DNA of 64,000 nt from Glaucostegus cemiculus. Lineage: Eukaryota. Of this stretch, positions 48,681-63,514 are shown piece after piece; position 1 is the first letter of the stretch; each line of letters begins with the position of its first letter. The translations under genes were made by a program, and so were the position numbers. The stretch spans positions 21,700,001 through 21,764,000 of the forward strand of contig CDPCPM010000026.1 of the NCBI GenBank assembly GCA_976551045.1. Direction: 5' to 3'. A model generated the notes under the pieces. The model did no database searches, was not told the DNA's origin, and saw only the letters and a program-made list of their open reading frames with translations.

Positions 48681-49439
48681 CGTTTACATCATTTACTCTC
48701 CTCCACACTTGAAGCAAAACTGAATTGTGCCCCTTCTCCATAGGCCCTTTCAATGAAAACAGCATTCAGTCAACCTCTCATCAGAAGCCAGAATGTTAAC
48801 TCCTGGTTGAAGTTACAAAGCCACCTAAGTTCTGCCAGGGATCTCAAGGCAAATAGATGCACAAATGGGTATTTCCAATGATTTCACTGATTCAGGAACA
48901 AGGATAACTTTAAAGAGCTTCTTTAAACCCTTCTAAAGGACAGAGTCAGCCCACTCTCTTCAGACACTCTGTCCTTACAACTGCACTACAAACGTTCTGA
49001 ACTATGAAATAAAAGCAGTTCCAAATTATAACAATGTTATTTATTGGCTGGGGGAAGTGGGGGAAGGGACATTAAATGCTACAACGTGAAAGTAAACAAG
49101 TGAGTGCTGTTTAGTTTTAAGTAAGTTTCCATTTGCCCTACCATGCAGTAAAAGATGGGCAACAATTAACAACTCTCAATACCATTCTAAGGGATCTGAA
49201 ATGTGTTTCATTTTGATGGATGATAAGATATTCATTGTATGGGGAAAGTACAGTGCAAGGAGTATAGTTCCACTGCATCTCCCAATAGGTTCCACAGCAA
49301 ACACAGGCCACTGAACTTCCGGTTAGTGGAGGATGAGATGGTTAAAGCTTGTCTCTGTTAGTTTCAATAAATACACAATGTAATACAAGGGATTCCCAGC
49401 AAGTTCAGTCAATGTTTGGCAAATAATATGCTTGCAAAG

Positions 49440-50257
49440 GTGTTGGACTTGCTGTGGTGATGAAGTTCTGAGGAACGTACTGTCTTCCCAACACATACAA
49501 CGGTAAAGACTTGATTTTAAAAAAAAACATATGGATCTACAGAATAGCTAACTAGCTTTTTCTCCAAATTCTTTTTGTAGTCCTAAAATGAAGAATATCA
49601 ATGAGAAAGATCTCACTGGCAACTCTGAATGGAACTGCCGACATTTTGACATTTAAAGAGAGCAGGTCTGAGCATGCACTGTCAAATCTGGAGATTTCAA
49701 ACCAAGTCACAAATTTGGAAGGTTGAATCTGTCAGTTCACTGGGTTAGATCTGGCACAGGATCCAAGACCCCAATGATATTAATGGGGATTGCATGGCTG
49801 TGGATTATGAAGCAAAGGGAAAGGAAAAGTTAAGTTGCCTGCTTTAAAGTTAGTTTTGTTCAATATTTTTAAATTATTTACACATTACTCAGTGTTTTAG
49901 TTCATTTTCATGTTATTTTAATATTTTGATAGTTTTGAAGTTTTTAATAATTTCAATTTTAAGAGTTTTTACGTATCTTTCACAGTTTTTACAGCTGACA
50001 AAGCTGAGGGTTGTGTGGGGTTGAGGGCCAGGCTTTGCCAGTTGTCAACCCTTCAGAGTTGATTTGGGTGCTGCACTGCCTGAGGCCCTGCCACCCATCA
50101 GACCATGCCTCTGGAGGCCAAGATGGTTCAAGCCAGCCTGATTGGACCAGGCCAGTATGGGCGAATGCATTCACGGGAGGCGATGTAACATAATCTGACC
50201 CGTTGACTTTACAGTAAACACTATACCAGTTATGCTGCCTTAAAAAAAGTCAGCCCA
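49440..50257. mobile_element. Old non-autonomous DNA-transposon-like element (family uncertain)
   Basis: Internal palindromic CCCCAATGATATTAATGGGG and GAGCATGCAC, AT-rich core, GC-rich segment, end AAAAGTCAGCCCA similar to the GGGCTGGATTTT-type ends at ~13906 and ~18390; left end not resolved. Confidence 0.35.
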
Positions 50258-50529
50258 GAAAACAAAAGCCACAACAACTGCTCAAGTCTGTTTTAAATGA
50301 CTGGCAAATACTTTCTCACTTGCTGTCTGCTGACAGAAATATGTAATCCAATGACTGGTGCAGCTCTGTTTATTGTCTTCAATACTGAGAAGAGAGTCCA
50401 TCCTAATATTCACATGTCCCTTCTTCTACCAATGTATCAAACTAGCCAATCCAATTTCACTCTTATATGTATACTTCTCCCACAAAACATATTGGCAATA
50501 TATGTGAAATATATATTTCATTACTTAAC

Positions 50530-51050
50530 ATCAAATGTGGCTGATATCACCAGCAAATTGAAGTACAGATCTCCAGTTTACACCAAAGCAGTAGAATGTA
50601 TTGGCTAGGCCTCATTCGGAACTCTTTGTTCAAGTCTGGTCACTCTGACATGCAATATACATGCAATACACTAATTGAGTTGAGGAAAACATAGAGCAGT
50701 TTGAGCAACACTGCTTACATAAGAAAGATATTAAAATGGATAGGGATATAAATAAGGTACATAAAATGTGAACAGGTATAAATTATGAAGTGCCATACTG
50801 TAACTAAATGAAGCCAGGAAAGTCAGACCAAAGCACACAAACTGAGTGAAAGGCAAGCTTGAAATACGAAGGCTCGGGAAAACTGTTATAATCAAAGGTG
50901 GATAAAGCTCGGGATAATGTCTGTCATGCTCAATTGTGGAAGTAAGTTAAGTGGTATGCTCAAAATGAAGCCGGATATTATAAAAATGAATGTGAAATGA
51001 TTGCAAGGATAAGCTTTTGTGGCTTGAATAGCACCTTTCCCATTCTGGAT
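50530..51050 (+). mobile_element. Very old CR1 3' fragment
   Basis: TTGGCTAGGCCTCAT...GTTCAAGTCTGGTCAC (LARPH..VQ.WS); AAGGTACATAAAAT; tail GGCTTGAATAGCACCTTTCCCATTCT. Confidence 0.6.
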
Positions 51051-54000
51051 ATACAACACACTGACACCCCCTTTCTTCGCTGCAAATTAATGTCCTTCCC
51101 CTCATTACTTGGCCTCAAACCATTTAGTGTGCACTAGTGTGGGCAATATTATTTCAAGGTTACTATTTACTTGGAAAATAGCTGAAATCCTTATCAATAC
51201 AAAAAGCAATCCACATGATTCTGACAAGGAAATTATTTGCAGCCTTGCAATAAAAAAAACCATTGTGTGAGTTTTCTGGAAATTATTGGAGTGTAGTTGC
51301 ATCATAATGGAAGTTTTGACAAACTTCCAGATGAATCACAAACTTCTTCTAAACAAATAATATACCATATTGCCAATTTTATATTTCAATGAGTCTTTAT
51401 GTCTTAATCTCCCTTGTTTACTTTGTCTCCTTTTGGGCTTCATTACACCATCCAACCTGATGCCCACTTTTTTTTCCCCATATCAGTGTCAGCCTGTACC
51501 CTGCAGCAGTTCCTGGATTTTGACTCTGATACTCACCCCACTGAAGGACAGATCTGACTTATTCTCAGCATCTCTGTGTAGTGATATGTCTGAGCAGAGA
51601 GGAAACAGAATCTGCAGATACTGGAGCTAAGATCAAAAGTGTTATGTTACTTGCTGCATGTCCAAAATCTTGGCAAGAAGGCAGTAATCCTTTACTTGCT
51701 ACTTACCCTAACACCAACCCCTTTCCCCTCAAATAACTGCTTAAACATATAACCAAGTAGAAGATTTCAATTGTTTATCATCTCAACCTGACTATTTTAT
51801 AACTGCAAACCATTTTATCTTAATGAATCCCTTTATACCACACCAAAGAACCTGGTTAAAGGCATAGATCACTGCAAAGTTGATTTTTGAAACAAAGCTT
51901 TGAGAAGCAGTTTTCTGTAAAGAAGAAACTGTGTTTTATGAATTAAAATGTCACTGTTTACTTTGCTTTCTTAGTGAAATAAAGCATTCAAGTTATAGTC
52001 TAGTAGAAAAATGTAGATGTGATTTTTTTAATCATAAGAAAAGGCTGATGATTGTCCAAGATAATTTGCTTTCAGTAAATCTGAGAAATGCTGACCAAGC
52101 AGGTAAATCAGATGTGGACATGCAGCACAAATAATGTTCTGAATAGTCCCGGAACACAAGGACCAGCACAGGTCAAGCTAATACTTCAGTAAAGTTAGGC
52201 ATGGCTTATATTTTTTGAATCTGGATCTTTCCTCTTCAAAACCACAGTTGCCTTAATATACTGAACATAAAGTAGGCCCATTTTACTCTGGAGTTTGAGT
52301 CAACAGGATCTACCAAAGGCAGCCAGCAGACACTTGTGAGACTGACATTTGCACTTTCTGAACTCTTTCCCTAACCCTTCCTTTCAGAAAACTGCTTTGG
52401 CTTCCAATGAAAAACTACTTTTCATTATGTTAAATAGATGCTAACCCTGTCCTCTGGAGAGAAAAAAGGGCCGCTGCAGATGTTTAAAGCACTCTCAGCC
52501 CATCCTCAGTAGAACAATTACATCAATTTGCATTCCAGTTGAAGCTGGATTAGTAGTGGAATGCCTTTTCCAACTCTGTGCGGGTGAAAAAGGAGGGGGG
52601 GGCGTTGCTGGTGAAAGAGCTTATCTTTCTCTACTTCATTCCTAAATCTGAGACGCTATACTTTCATGAAACAAATGCCTATTGGAAACAATTTTCCAGT
52701 GCACTAAAGTTAAAAGGGAAAAACATTTCTAAAAAGCCAAGAGGACCTCAGGATCATGGTGTTTTACCAAAAGGAGTGACTCCTGTTGCTTTGATCCTTC
52801 CTGTTGCTACAGAAACAGAGTCCGCTCCTTTTTTAGTTAATCAAAACCAAATTATTTAGGAATGCAGCAAGACAGGTTGGAGTCTCGGACTTCTTTTGTC
52901 TTCACAGATTTGGAAGCAAAGTATTAGAGAAAAAAAGAACATAAATGAAACAAGGGCTTTCTGCTGGACATGAAATGACAATGAGGAAGAAAAGTGAAAA
53001 CACATTTGTTAAATTTAACCATCAGACAAATAATGTATATCTAGAGACAAAGAAATAGCACTTAACAGTTATGCAAAAGTATTTAAATTGTGCCCCAATA
53101 TATGGCCTTCATATTAAAGGCCACATTTGAACATCTTTAAATCAAACTTCTATTTCTGATAATAGATGTTTCTGATAGCTCATTGTAGACAAATTCCAGA
53201 ATAACTGCACTGGACAAATGTATCTTATTAAAAATAAATTCAAACTTTATACTTTTCCTATCTGTCAGAAGTACTAATGTCACAGCAAGCATAGCTGGCA
53301 GGTCAAATTAAAGCAGATAAGGAAAGAATATTTGATGCTGGAATTCTGAGCTCCAATTGATCTTTCTTTTTATTTAACTGCAAGAAAATAAGCACTCACG
53401 TGTTTTTATTTTTGTGCACCTGAGGGACAGGAATGTCTCCCAGGTTGGCATGAGGAGGGGGTGGTTGTGGGTATAAGGTTCTAGTCTCTTAAACTCCTTG
53501 AATTAATACACCCAGACAAGCTCTAATCTGTCCCTTAGGAGACACCTTAAGGAATAGAGGTGCTAACATAGGAAATCCTGCTGGCTACCAGCATTGCTTT
53601 GAGCCAAGCTCTGTTGCTAAGTTGTAAATATGCAAAATCTCTTGTGTTTTAGGAGCTGATAGATTTTCCTTTGGACAAGACAATTCAGAAAAGGTTCAAC
53701 CTTTATGCTTTAACAAAACTAGCATTCTGTGTAGGTCCTGTTTTAGTAGCTTTGGACAACTTTTGACAGCAACTTGACCTCCTACACCTCAATTTATGCT
53801 TGTTGGCTTTATTAAGGACAAAGGAGCTGGCTGAAACAGAAATGGTTACCATGCATACAGCAGCCAAACCACCTCCATACATGCTCCCCCTTGCATATTT
53901 GCTAGACAAAGGTCTATTAATAAATCAGTCTAAAAAAAAGATTTAAAAGACACATCTCAACAAAGCAAAATTTAAGAAAAAGGAAATCAAAACTGATACT

Positions 54001-56624
54001 ACTATGCCAGCTTTCTTTAACTAAAGCAATATTAAAATCGACAATTTCCTGATCCTCAGTGTTCGATTAGAAATAGTGCTATTGCCTACTGTTTAAAGAA
54101 ATGATTTCAACAATTTCACACCTTCCTTTTGCAGGAGTTGCGAAGATCCACACGTGCAATTGGTTTCTAGGTCACACATCCTCAGCGGGACTTAGCTAGT
54201 TAATTCATTATATTCAGAATATACTGCATGGGTTTTATATCAGATTCAGTGCTTGGGTGAGACAACAACGTATTCAGGTTAGATTTGTTAACACTCGTAA
54301 CTGTAAACATGATTACAGACAAATGAATGTAACTCACTGTAGGGAAAAACAAAGGAACAGTCACATTGATGGGCAACTCTTAATTTTTACTGCAACAATT
54401 CCTTTCTGAGAATAAGCCAGTGGACACAAACCAAACAATAAAATAGTATTATAAGTTATACATCTCTTAAGATTTTCCTTAGCAGTTCTGATTTATTAAT
54501 GAGGTCTGCAAGCACTTGCCATGAAGGTACCCTGTCCATTTATTTTTCATATAACAAAGCATCAGCTGGAAAAAGTGCCTCAGAAAGTTTGTACAAACAC
54601 AAATGTCATACTCTGGTGGCTCCTGGATATTTCAAATGCAGTTCAAGTTTTATTTCTATGCAAAATATAACCTTGCAGCAGGGATGTGAGAAGTAGCCAC
54701 TTTAGTATGAGAAGGATAGTGACTGAGGCAACAGACATGTACGTAAAGCAGACTGTCTAACTAGGTGTGAAATGGACAATCTGATACTACAGCCAGCAAA
54801 TGGTGTCAGGGCACAACCAAAGTGGCGGGTGCATAAAATGAGAGAGTACAGAAGCTAGTCACATGGAATTAAAGGAAGGAAGAGTGATATATGCATGCTA
54901 AACACAGGAGGGAATGTGTAAGTGGGACCCACAGTGACAGGCTGCCCTGTGGGGACTTGTGCTGTCCCAGCATGTTTGCATTATGTGAAATGCCATCAAT
55001 CTTAACGTTCAAATCATGTCATAAATTAGAAGCATTTCACATACACTGTGTAAGCAAAATGTACGTGAACAAAGAGAAAATCCAGGAACACAATATAACC
55101 TTGTAATTTTTCTTTTAATCCTCTCCCTCAATCCACCATACAACCTCCACTCCCCAAAACAGTCCAAGCCTCACAGATGGGACACACTGAAAAAGAAGTG
55201 TTTTGTCCTTCTCCAGATGTTCTCTGCTGTTTAGCTAGCTCCATTATGGAGGACAAGTCTTTACTGGTCTGTGGGATTCTATGAAACTGTCACGGCTGCT
55301 CTGCAACTGACTTGGCTAATTCAAAAATTATGCCGAATTTTTTTTAGACATGGAATAACTGTTGTATCACTTGCACATATTTGGTGCAAAGAGGGTCAAC
55401 AAAATTAGGTTAGATGGAACTGAAACAAAAGAACATTCTGGACAGAAGGATTTGATACTGAGCAAGAGGATGGAACTTCAGTTTATCTTGTCAAAACTTT
55501 GTCTTGTCAAATGACATTTTCAGTAATAGCAAATGGCATCCAGCTACCTCTGGCATTTTCTCTTTCCATCAACAAGTAGAAGACATAGAGAAATATTAAA
55601 GCAAGCAAATAGTGCACTTCTAATTCTCAGTTCCACCCACAAATGCATAAAATACAGTCACAATGCAACTTTATTTTGGCCAAACAAGACCAAAGCACCT
55701 GTGCCAGGCAAGAGCTATTCCACTTCCTTACATAGAGATGGTCAGCCTTAAGTAAGTTGAGTGCACGAATGGAATTGGTCAGGGTACACCCGTGCACAAG
55801 CAAAGAAAGAGCCCTCCACATCTGCAGAATTCTTGCCCTTCTGTCCATTATGTTAAAGGATATTTACATATGACTATATCCCCTTATTTTCCAGTGTGCA
55901 AGACAGCTGACATCACTTCAGCTGGATGGCCACTTTGCAAGTCTGCCAACAATAACACCAACAGTTGAGAAGTGGATGAGGTATCAATGGCAACGGCTGA
56001 CTGGTGTTGGAGATCTAAGTCAGCAGTGGGTAACTTGTGGAGGGGAGAAACATGAAATCTGCAGTGGTATAATGGAAGTTTAATCTATAAACATGCCACT
56101 TATAAACTGGACTATATTTCATTGACTGCACTTTGCAGCAGCAAACCACAGCAAACTCTTTCAGGAAGTCAAGCCACTGTTAATCAGAAATTTCACAAAT
56201 AATACTCCAGTTTTTTAAAATCTGGTGGGTTTCTGCACAGGCCCCAGAGGAGGAAATGTAATTAAAACCAACATTAATTTATTCCAAATCTGCCAACAAA
56301 AATAACGGCAGTCTTCAAAGACATCCAACAGATCATTCTTGACAATTTGAAATACAAGGTGACATAAGCTGAGAAGGCTAGGGATTATTTTGTGTACGTA
56401 AATAGGAATATGCATCAAAATGCAGACACACAAATTAACAGGTATAGGGACTATGAATATATATTTCCAAATAGTCTTCAATTGTAAACTATCTAATTTC
56501 AGTGTAAATTGAAAGTGTCCTTGTTTATGTTCAGAAACATGCCCACAGTCAGTGGTAACAGCACTCAGTAATACATCCCTGTTTGTCCGCTCGCTGGTCA
56601 GGAACTGTCAAAGTCCAAAAGTAA

Positions 56625-56724
56625 ATAAAAAATAAATAAAACCAGAAAATGATGGAAGTATTCAGCAGGTCAAGTAACATCTATGGAGAGACAAAGAGTG
56701 TTCATGTTTCAGATCATGACCTTT
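56625..56724. mobile_element. Single arm of a Penelope pseudo-LTR-like element
   Basis: AAATAAAACCAGAAAATGATGGAAGTATTCAGCAGGTCAAGTAACATCTATGGAGAGA...ATGTTTCAGATCATGACCTTT. Confidence 0.8.
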
Positions 56725-59700
56725 GGCACATTTGTTGTTCAAATCTCTATTATGTTTTACAACATACAAGTGATCAGACACGATTTGGAGGAATCCTCTG
56801 GCTGACCACACTTGGGACTCAAAGAAAGAGAAAAATGAAAATGCAATTCCACTTAAGAAAAGTGCACATTTATAGACTAGGCTCTATTCACATTACAGCC
56901 CAGTTCTCCAAACCAAAAAGGGAAAGAAAATACCTTAACCTCTGAGCAGAAGCATCAGCACTGTTCAGCGAGGAAGATGACCATTGCTTGTACACAACTG
57001 GCTACTTCCAGCTTGATAGTATTATGGGTGTGTGCCTGTTGAAATCCTACGGAACAGTCTGGGCTCCTGCCTTTTGAAAGGAAAATCTAAACACTACACA
57101 TTCTTATTTTAAACAAGGATCCCAGGACCTCACCAAGTTGTTATTCCCGAGTGTAAAGTTCCCGAAAGATCTCGAGCTTCTGATCGTTCCATAATCCGTC
57201 CTTCTCTGGCTTTTCTCACACCCACATGAACAATTAAAAGCATTTTTAATCTAATTCCCAAAATGTTTTGAGTTGAGGCCTTTCAGATAAAACGACTACA
57301 TTTAAAGTAAAGGCAACCAAAAAAAGTAAGTTATGTACCTATCAAAACACAACTTAAAATGATATCCTGGGATAACAGAGTGTTAAGATTTTTAAAATAT
57401 GTGAACAAACACCATCCAGGAATAGTCACAGGGTGTGGGAGTAACTAACCCTTCTCGTATCTGAGGTACAAATATGCTCAGCTCACTAACTTGGCAGCAT
57501 AACAATAGCTTAATGTAATTAAACCAGCTAGCAGTTGTTAGCATTTGCATATAAATGCATGCACAAATCACTGTAAAACAAGCCACAGCAAGTCACTCTA
57601 TTAGCATACGCAAATGCACCCTGCACAGCCCTGTAGGTAGGTCACAGCATCACTCAGTTTGAGTGAGTGAGCCGACAGCTTCATGCAGGGTCAAAGCTCC
57701 ATCTGTCAGGAACTTGAAACACAAATATTAATGTTCTACCTGGATACTGGCACCGGCCATGATTGGCTCTTACACAGAATGAAAAAGAGCTTTTTTTAAA
57801 CTCCAATCAAGCAATATCATACTTGAAATAAAAACAGGCAAACCCAAGGCAGATGTGCCAGGCTGCAATGGCCAAACCGGCTCCATAGGTTGTTTGTAAG
57901 TATATATTACTGCTGCAACTTTTTAAAAAGAGAAACAGATAAACCCCACCATCCCAGCAGCAGTATGCAGGGGGCTATCTCGACATGTTCATTTTAAACC
58001 TTGTTTCACTGTTTTCAGACACTAATGGATTTCCATCAAAGGCAGACTACTTTGGTGGTTTATTCATGCCTACTCCCCACCCGAAGGATGATAACATTCA
58101 TCTTTATTTTGTATTGGGAGGTAGTGCAAAATGGGCCTCAAAGTACTGAACTGAAATTGACATTAAGAGATTATGCACAACTGTAACTAAGGGCTACAAA
58201 TTAATTTAGCAAAGCACATTCTTCTCAATGAGGTTACTTGAAAGAGGCCTGGGGAAAGTAGCAGTTGAGTACACCAATTTTAATTAAATGCACGCTTGCA
58301 TCCATAATTTTCCCAAACAGCAAGATTCCTATCTTGTGTGAAAATCAGTAAGAGAAGCAGAGAAAAGAGAGCTTACTTTCTCCTTTAGATGAAATTGATG
58401 AACAAGACACCTGATCTACCAGCTTAGCACCAAACAGGAATCACAGAAGCTGCTGAACAGGCTGGCTGCCTACCCTGTGAACAACTGGTTCATTCCATAA
58501 AAGTGGACATAAAATGTAAAGCTGAAAATATCATTGTAAAATATATAATTCCAAATGTGCCAATGATATTTCTTTCATCTACCAAGTACAACTACTTGTG
58601 TAGCGTCCTTTGAGCTGGTCACTGCCTTTTTCCTCATTAGTAAAATCTGCTTCTCTTCTGTCTAACTAGTTACTTTCTACTTAAGCTACTTATCAAATCA
58701 CTTCTTTTTTTTCAATTTTATCCCAAATTCAATGTCTGCAAAGGGCATCTACCAAAAAGAATCTACTAATAACAATCCCACCATATCAATTCCTCCCTTC
58801 TCCACATTACTTCTCAATACAAACAGAGGAATAAAACTTGCAACATCACCCATACAGATGATTTAAGTATTCACAAGAAACATAATGGCTCCATTAGGTC
58901 CCCAAATATTCTGGCAATGAATTTTCTCCATTCCCAACCAGCCAACAAATTCATGCATGAGGAAGCCTGGCAGAAATAAGCACGTACAAGAATCCACTAC
59001 AAATGTAAAAGATACAAACTCCAAGCAGCCGTTGTATTGCCAAAGCTACAAAGCACACTCTAAGCAACAAGCAGGCATTGGAAGAGAGGGGTAGCACCGT
59101 TCTGATGCAAAATTCACCAACTCCACACAAAGCAAAAAGTTTTAACCCAGACCTCCAATTTCCAACTGATCAAAATTAAACTGGAAGTTCACTAAACAAC
59201 TGCTTGAATCAACTAGTCAGTTCTATGTCACCAAACACACGGGTATACAGTGCAATTTTATTCCTGGCTGAGTTGTCACACTCTCTTCATTAAGCTACAT
59301 ATCACAGTTAGCTTATTACTTTAACTGCAATGGACCACAGGAAGAAAGAAGGAAAAACAAAAAAAAGGGAGGAAGGGAAAAGAGCAAAAATATTCCAAGT
59401 GTATCACTTCTTAGTTTCACAATGCATTCATACACTTCAAAACTTTAAGAAAATAACTTTTATTGGTTGAACCAGGAAAATACAAACCAAGGCAACATTT
59501 CAAGTTTTATAGGTCTCAAAGGCACAGTGCTATGATAGATAACTCCCTGATTATCTACATGTCATAACCATTTCAAAGCCAGAGAGTAGATCAAATAATT
59601 TTGCATGTGGTCATTGCAAAGATGGACAGATTCTGATGGCTTTTTTTTTATTGTGCTACAGTATATGGATATTAAAATTGTTTCAATATTTAATTGGCAT

Positions 59701-62700
59701 TCCAAGAGACTTGCATTGTGAGCTACATCCGGGTATTTATACTGCTATCCTTATTACTTTTTAAGCAGATATTTTTTTAACTGGATCCAGAAGTCTTTTA
59801 AGGGTCTATAAACATACTAATCAGAACAGATTAGCTGGATCCCTGCAATCTCAATTAAAGCAGAGATAATACAAAGACAATGTTAGGGATGAGCCAAAAT
59901 TCAGCATAATACCCCATCACAATCTTTCCAGAGATTAAGAATACAAATTGAAATTGTCATTTAAAACAACACCAGTGGTTTGTGACTATGGATTTCAATT
60001 CTCAGTATGTCACTGTTAATTTGTAAGAGTGCTGGGAATATCACAGTGGCATATGCCAGTCCACTTCAAGCACTCATCATATTTTTTGCATTAGCATTTT
60101 ATTATTTATTTTATGAATTAGAAGTGCAATGGAAGACTAGAGTTCCACTGTTGTACAATTCACTTTTGTTTCTTCTCCCTTGTTTCCCTGGGCTGTGTTT
60201 TGCTTCTCTACTCTGTTACCTCTGGATTCCTCACTGCACCACAAATCTTCACATAAGACAGCAACAGATTGAACATCCTGGGACAAAAGGTGCCACCAAT
60301 ATCAGGGACCAAAAACAGGCAAGGACAGACTGTGGAGATTAGTGTTTGGGGTTCCCTCCCTGTGGAAAGAACCTCTATTTGGTGTTTCCTCAAAATGGTT
60401 GAGATATGGATTTCTCCAAATACAGAAATATAGGTTACTGTTGATTTTAAGTAATACTGTGTTGGGCCACCATCTAATCCCTTATCTGTGCCATTTTCTA
60501 CTTTGTCCCATTAAAGAAAAGGGGGAAGCTCTGTACCAACTTTCATTTAAGAACTTTGAACAGATGATTGTGCGAAGTTCAAAGCCTGCGTTTGAAGCTT
60601 GGGGAAGTGAGAATAGGGATAAGGAAGCATAATCAAAGTGAAGAGAAAAATAACTAGAGCCTATAATGATGCTGCAAACTGGCCACGTGAATACTACAAC
60701 CACACTAAATGCTAGATGAAATAAAGTCCAGAAGTGCAGTGATAGGCCAGTCTGAAACTACATAGGCCCTGTTAGACTGTGACGAACATTTCTGCACCAA
60801 TGTCAAAGCAAGTACAGACTTGAACATTTTCTGGGGTAAAAAAAATGAATCCTGGGAAAGTTGATTTGTTTCATTTCCTGAAGTGCTTCACAGTATTTAC
60901 AACTAAACTGATACTTAAATCATCTTTGTGGCTGTTAAACCTGCATGGAGATTTTGAAAACCATGAAAAAATTTGATATGTATTGAGTTAATGGAGAAAC
61001 CTATTACCCGATTCCCCCAGTCCCCCACGACTCATTCTTAGAAAACTATTATACCGATTACAATTAGCATTGCAAGACTCATTATTTTTTTGCAAACAAA
61101 ATATATAATATTCCCAAAGTGTTAGGTAATAGTCTAGTCTCTACATGGCAGTTATATTTTTAAATGCAAATCTGGCTGAAAATGAGCCTTGTCTGAACTG
61201 GCTTCACTTCTCTTCCAGTATTAAGTTTGTTTTAGATGTACACGCACAGCTCAAAACCTGTTTAACATAGTTTTGTCCCCTATACTCGCTCAGTTACTCA
61301 CATGTTGGATATCCCGGCAGAGAGTCTACACTAGGCAGATGTAAGCTATGCTCAAACTAAAGGCCGCTTCAGTCTATGTTTGTTCCCACCATTCCTGGCT
61401 ACACCACACATTCTTTCCCAGCACATTTCAAGCAAAAATGGACTGCAGACAAGCCTTTAGTAATTTCAGCACTTTATCTTCCACTGTTTAGTTTCTGTTT
61501 AGCTCTTTAGTAACTGACACGGAAAAGAGGCAATGAGTGACTTCACTCATCAACAAAGGATTAGTACTACACTGCTTACCTTATTCCCAGCTGCATACTA
61601 TGTATCATAATGTTAAACTATTTCCACTGATTCAGTTTGGCAATATATTCATTAGTTATTTCTTGCATTGTCGTATCCCCTTTCACAGAAAAGGAAACAA
61701 AAGAAAAATAGCTTTTTCTCTCTATTTACAAGTGCGAGTACATTGTTTTTTGGAGGATTTAGATTTGATAAATGGAAGGGAAGACTAAACACAAAACGTA
61801 ATTCCATGTCCCCTATAGCAATGACCACAGCTACTATACCAAACACAATTGTTGTACTCCGCTTCGAAGCTTATGCAAATTTACACAAACATACATAATG
61901 TGCCAGCGTGCATTTCATTCAAAGCCCCATGTTAAACAATGTTCAAGCGAAGGTTAATCTGAATCATTCTGCCTTGCTGCTCAAATCGGCTTGCCGTGCA
62001 AAGCCTGACATCTACAGTTCTGTCTGGCATCGTCAAGGGCTGCATCATTTCCCACACAGCCATTCAGCAAGCTTTCTCCTTACAGCACAGGTACCTGAGA
62101 GCGTGTACGGCCCTTTATTCTTGGCTTCAGCAGTATATTTTAGCTCTCTAGTCAATCAATCAGCCAACCAACCAAAAGAGGACAACTTGCTACTTGGATG
62201 CTTGTCCAGATTGAATTGGATTTGGCCAAGGAAGTACAAATAATCCACAGTTCTGATCAATAGAAGCGCCCCTTCTACTTACTAAAATATTAATTTTCAG
62301 TACATGCAAGTCAAAATTTTCTATAAAGTTTGGATAAATAATTGCATTGATTTCACCCTGCTTATGAAATTTAAAGTACTTTTTATAACACTGCAAAAGT
62401 GATTAGATGTATTAAACGGAACAGACTTTTTACGTTTATATTCACCAAGCAAATTAAAACCTCCAGCTTGCTGCATTTTCCAGTGAAACACAAAAATATG
62501 AAAGGTGCAGCCAATTTTAAATACTTCTAAAAGAGCCAATGCAGAAGTATTACATTTGCAGTGTCATGAACACCACAGGGCACATTTCAATTTATTTTAT
62601 TACAATGCTGAACATTTACTGTAAACAATGTACATATAGGTTCCAATAGCGCCTATTTAGAAAAAAGAGGTTTTGCCAAAAAAAAAACCAAGCCGTTTCC

Positions 62701-62975
62701 ACGAAGATTTAATATTGACAGTTCCCGCACAGGTACACACATCACAAAACATTCCATCAATGATCCACTTAAGACTGTTTTCACTTGGTGCCCTTCTCTT
62801 TTTAGGTGGGAGAAGGCATCAAGCAAATAGTGACTAGCTCAGTTCTGTCAAAAGACAAGACAGCCTCTGAAGGCATTAAGGGGTAGCACTGGTTTCTGAC
62901 ACCACTATGTTTTTCAAATACCAAATAGTGAGGAGCCCCTCCCCACACACGCGTACATAGGCGCATTCACTCTCT

Positions 62976-62980
<5 letters not shown>

Positions 62981-63033
<53 letters not shown>
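62981..63033. repeat. Compound (TC)13(AC)13 microsatellite
   Basis: Directly visible. Confidence 0.97.
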
Positions 63034-63037
<4 letters not shown>

Positions 63038-63512
63038 CTGCCAATTTAGAATTACCAACAATTTATTGGTAAACACTATTGTTCTCAATGAATGTAAACA
63101 ATAAACTCCTTTACTATTTTATCCAATGTTGGGAACAGATGAAAACCCCACTGTGAGCGACTCTAATTATTATCTAAAGGCATAAATTAGTGGAATAAAA
63201 TGGTTACATCTCGGAATCGACAATGCAAGTCAATTGATGGAAAGAAAAGGAAGCCAAAACATTTCCACTCTTTTCCCAGTAGCTGATCCACTGAGGTTGC
63301 CCACACATTTGCAAGTGAATTGCCCGACTGTGGATGAGTTTACGGGTTTAAAGGCAGCAGCTTTGATGCATAAAAAGAGATCTGAAGATGAATTAACATA
63401 TAACAATACATACACTGAATAGCCACTGATCTAATCGGCCAGTGCATACCCTAACACTAAATCACAGTCTTCCGAGACACCTAAATGACAAATGGAAACT
63501 ATCATGCTTGGC

Positions 63513-63514
<2 letters not shown>

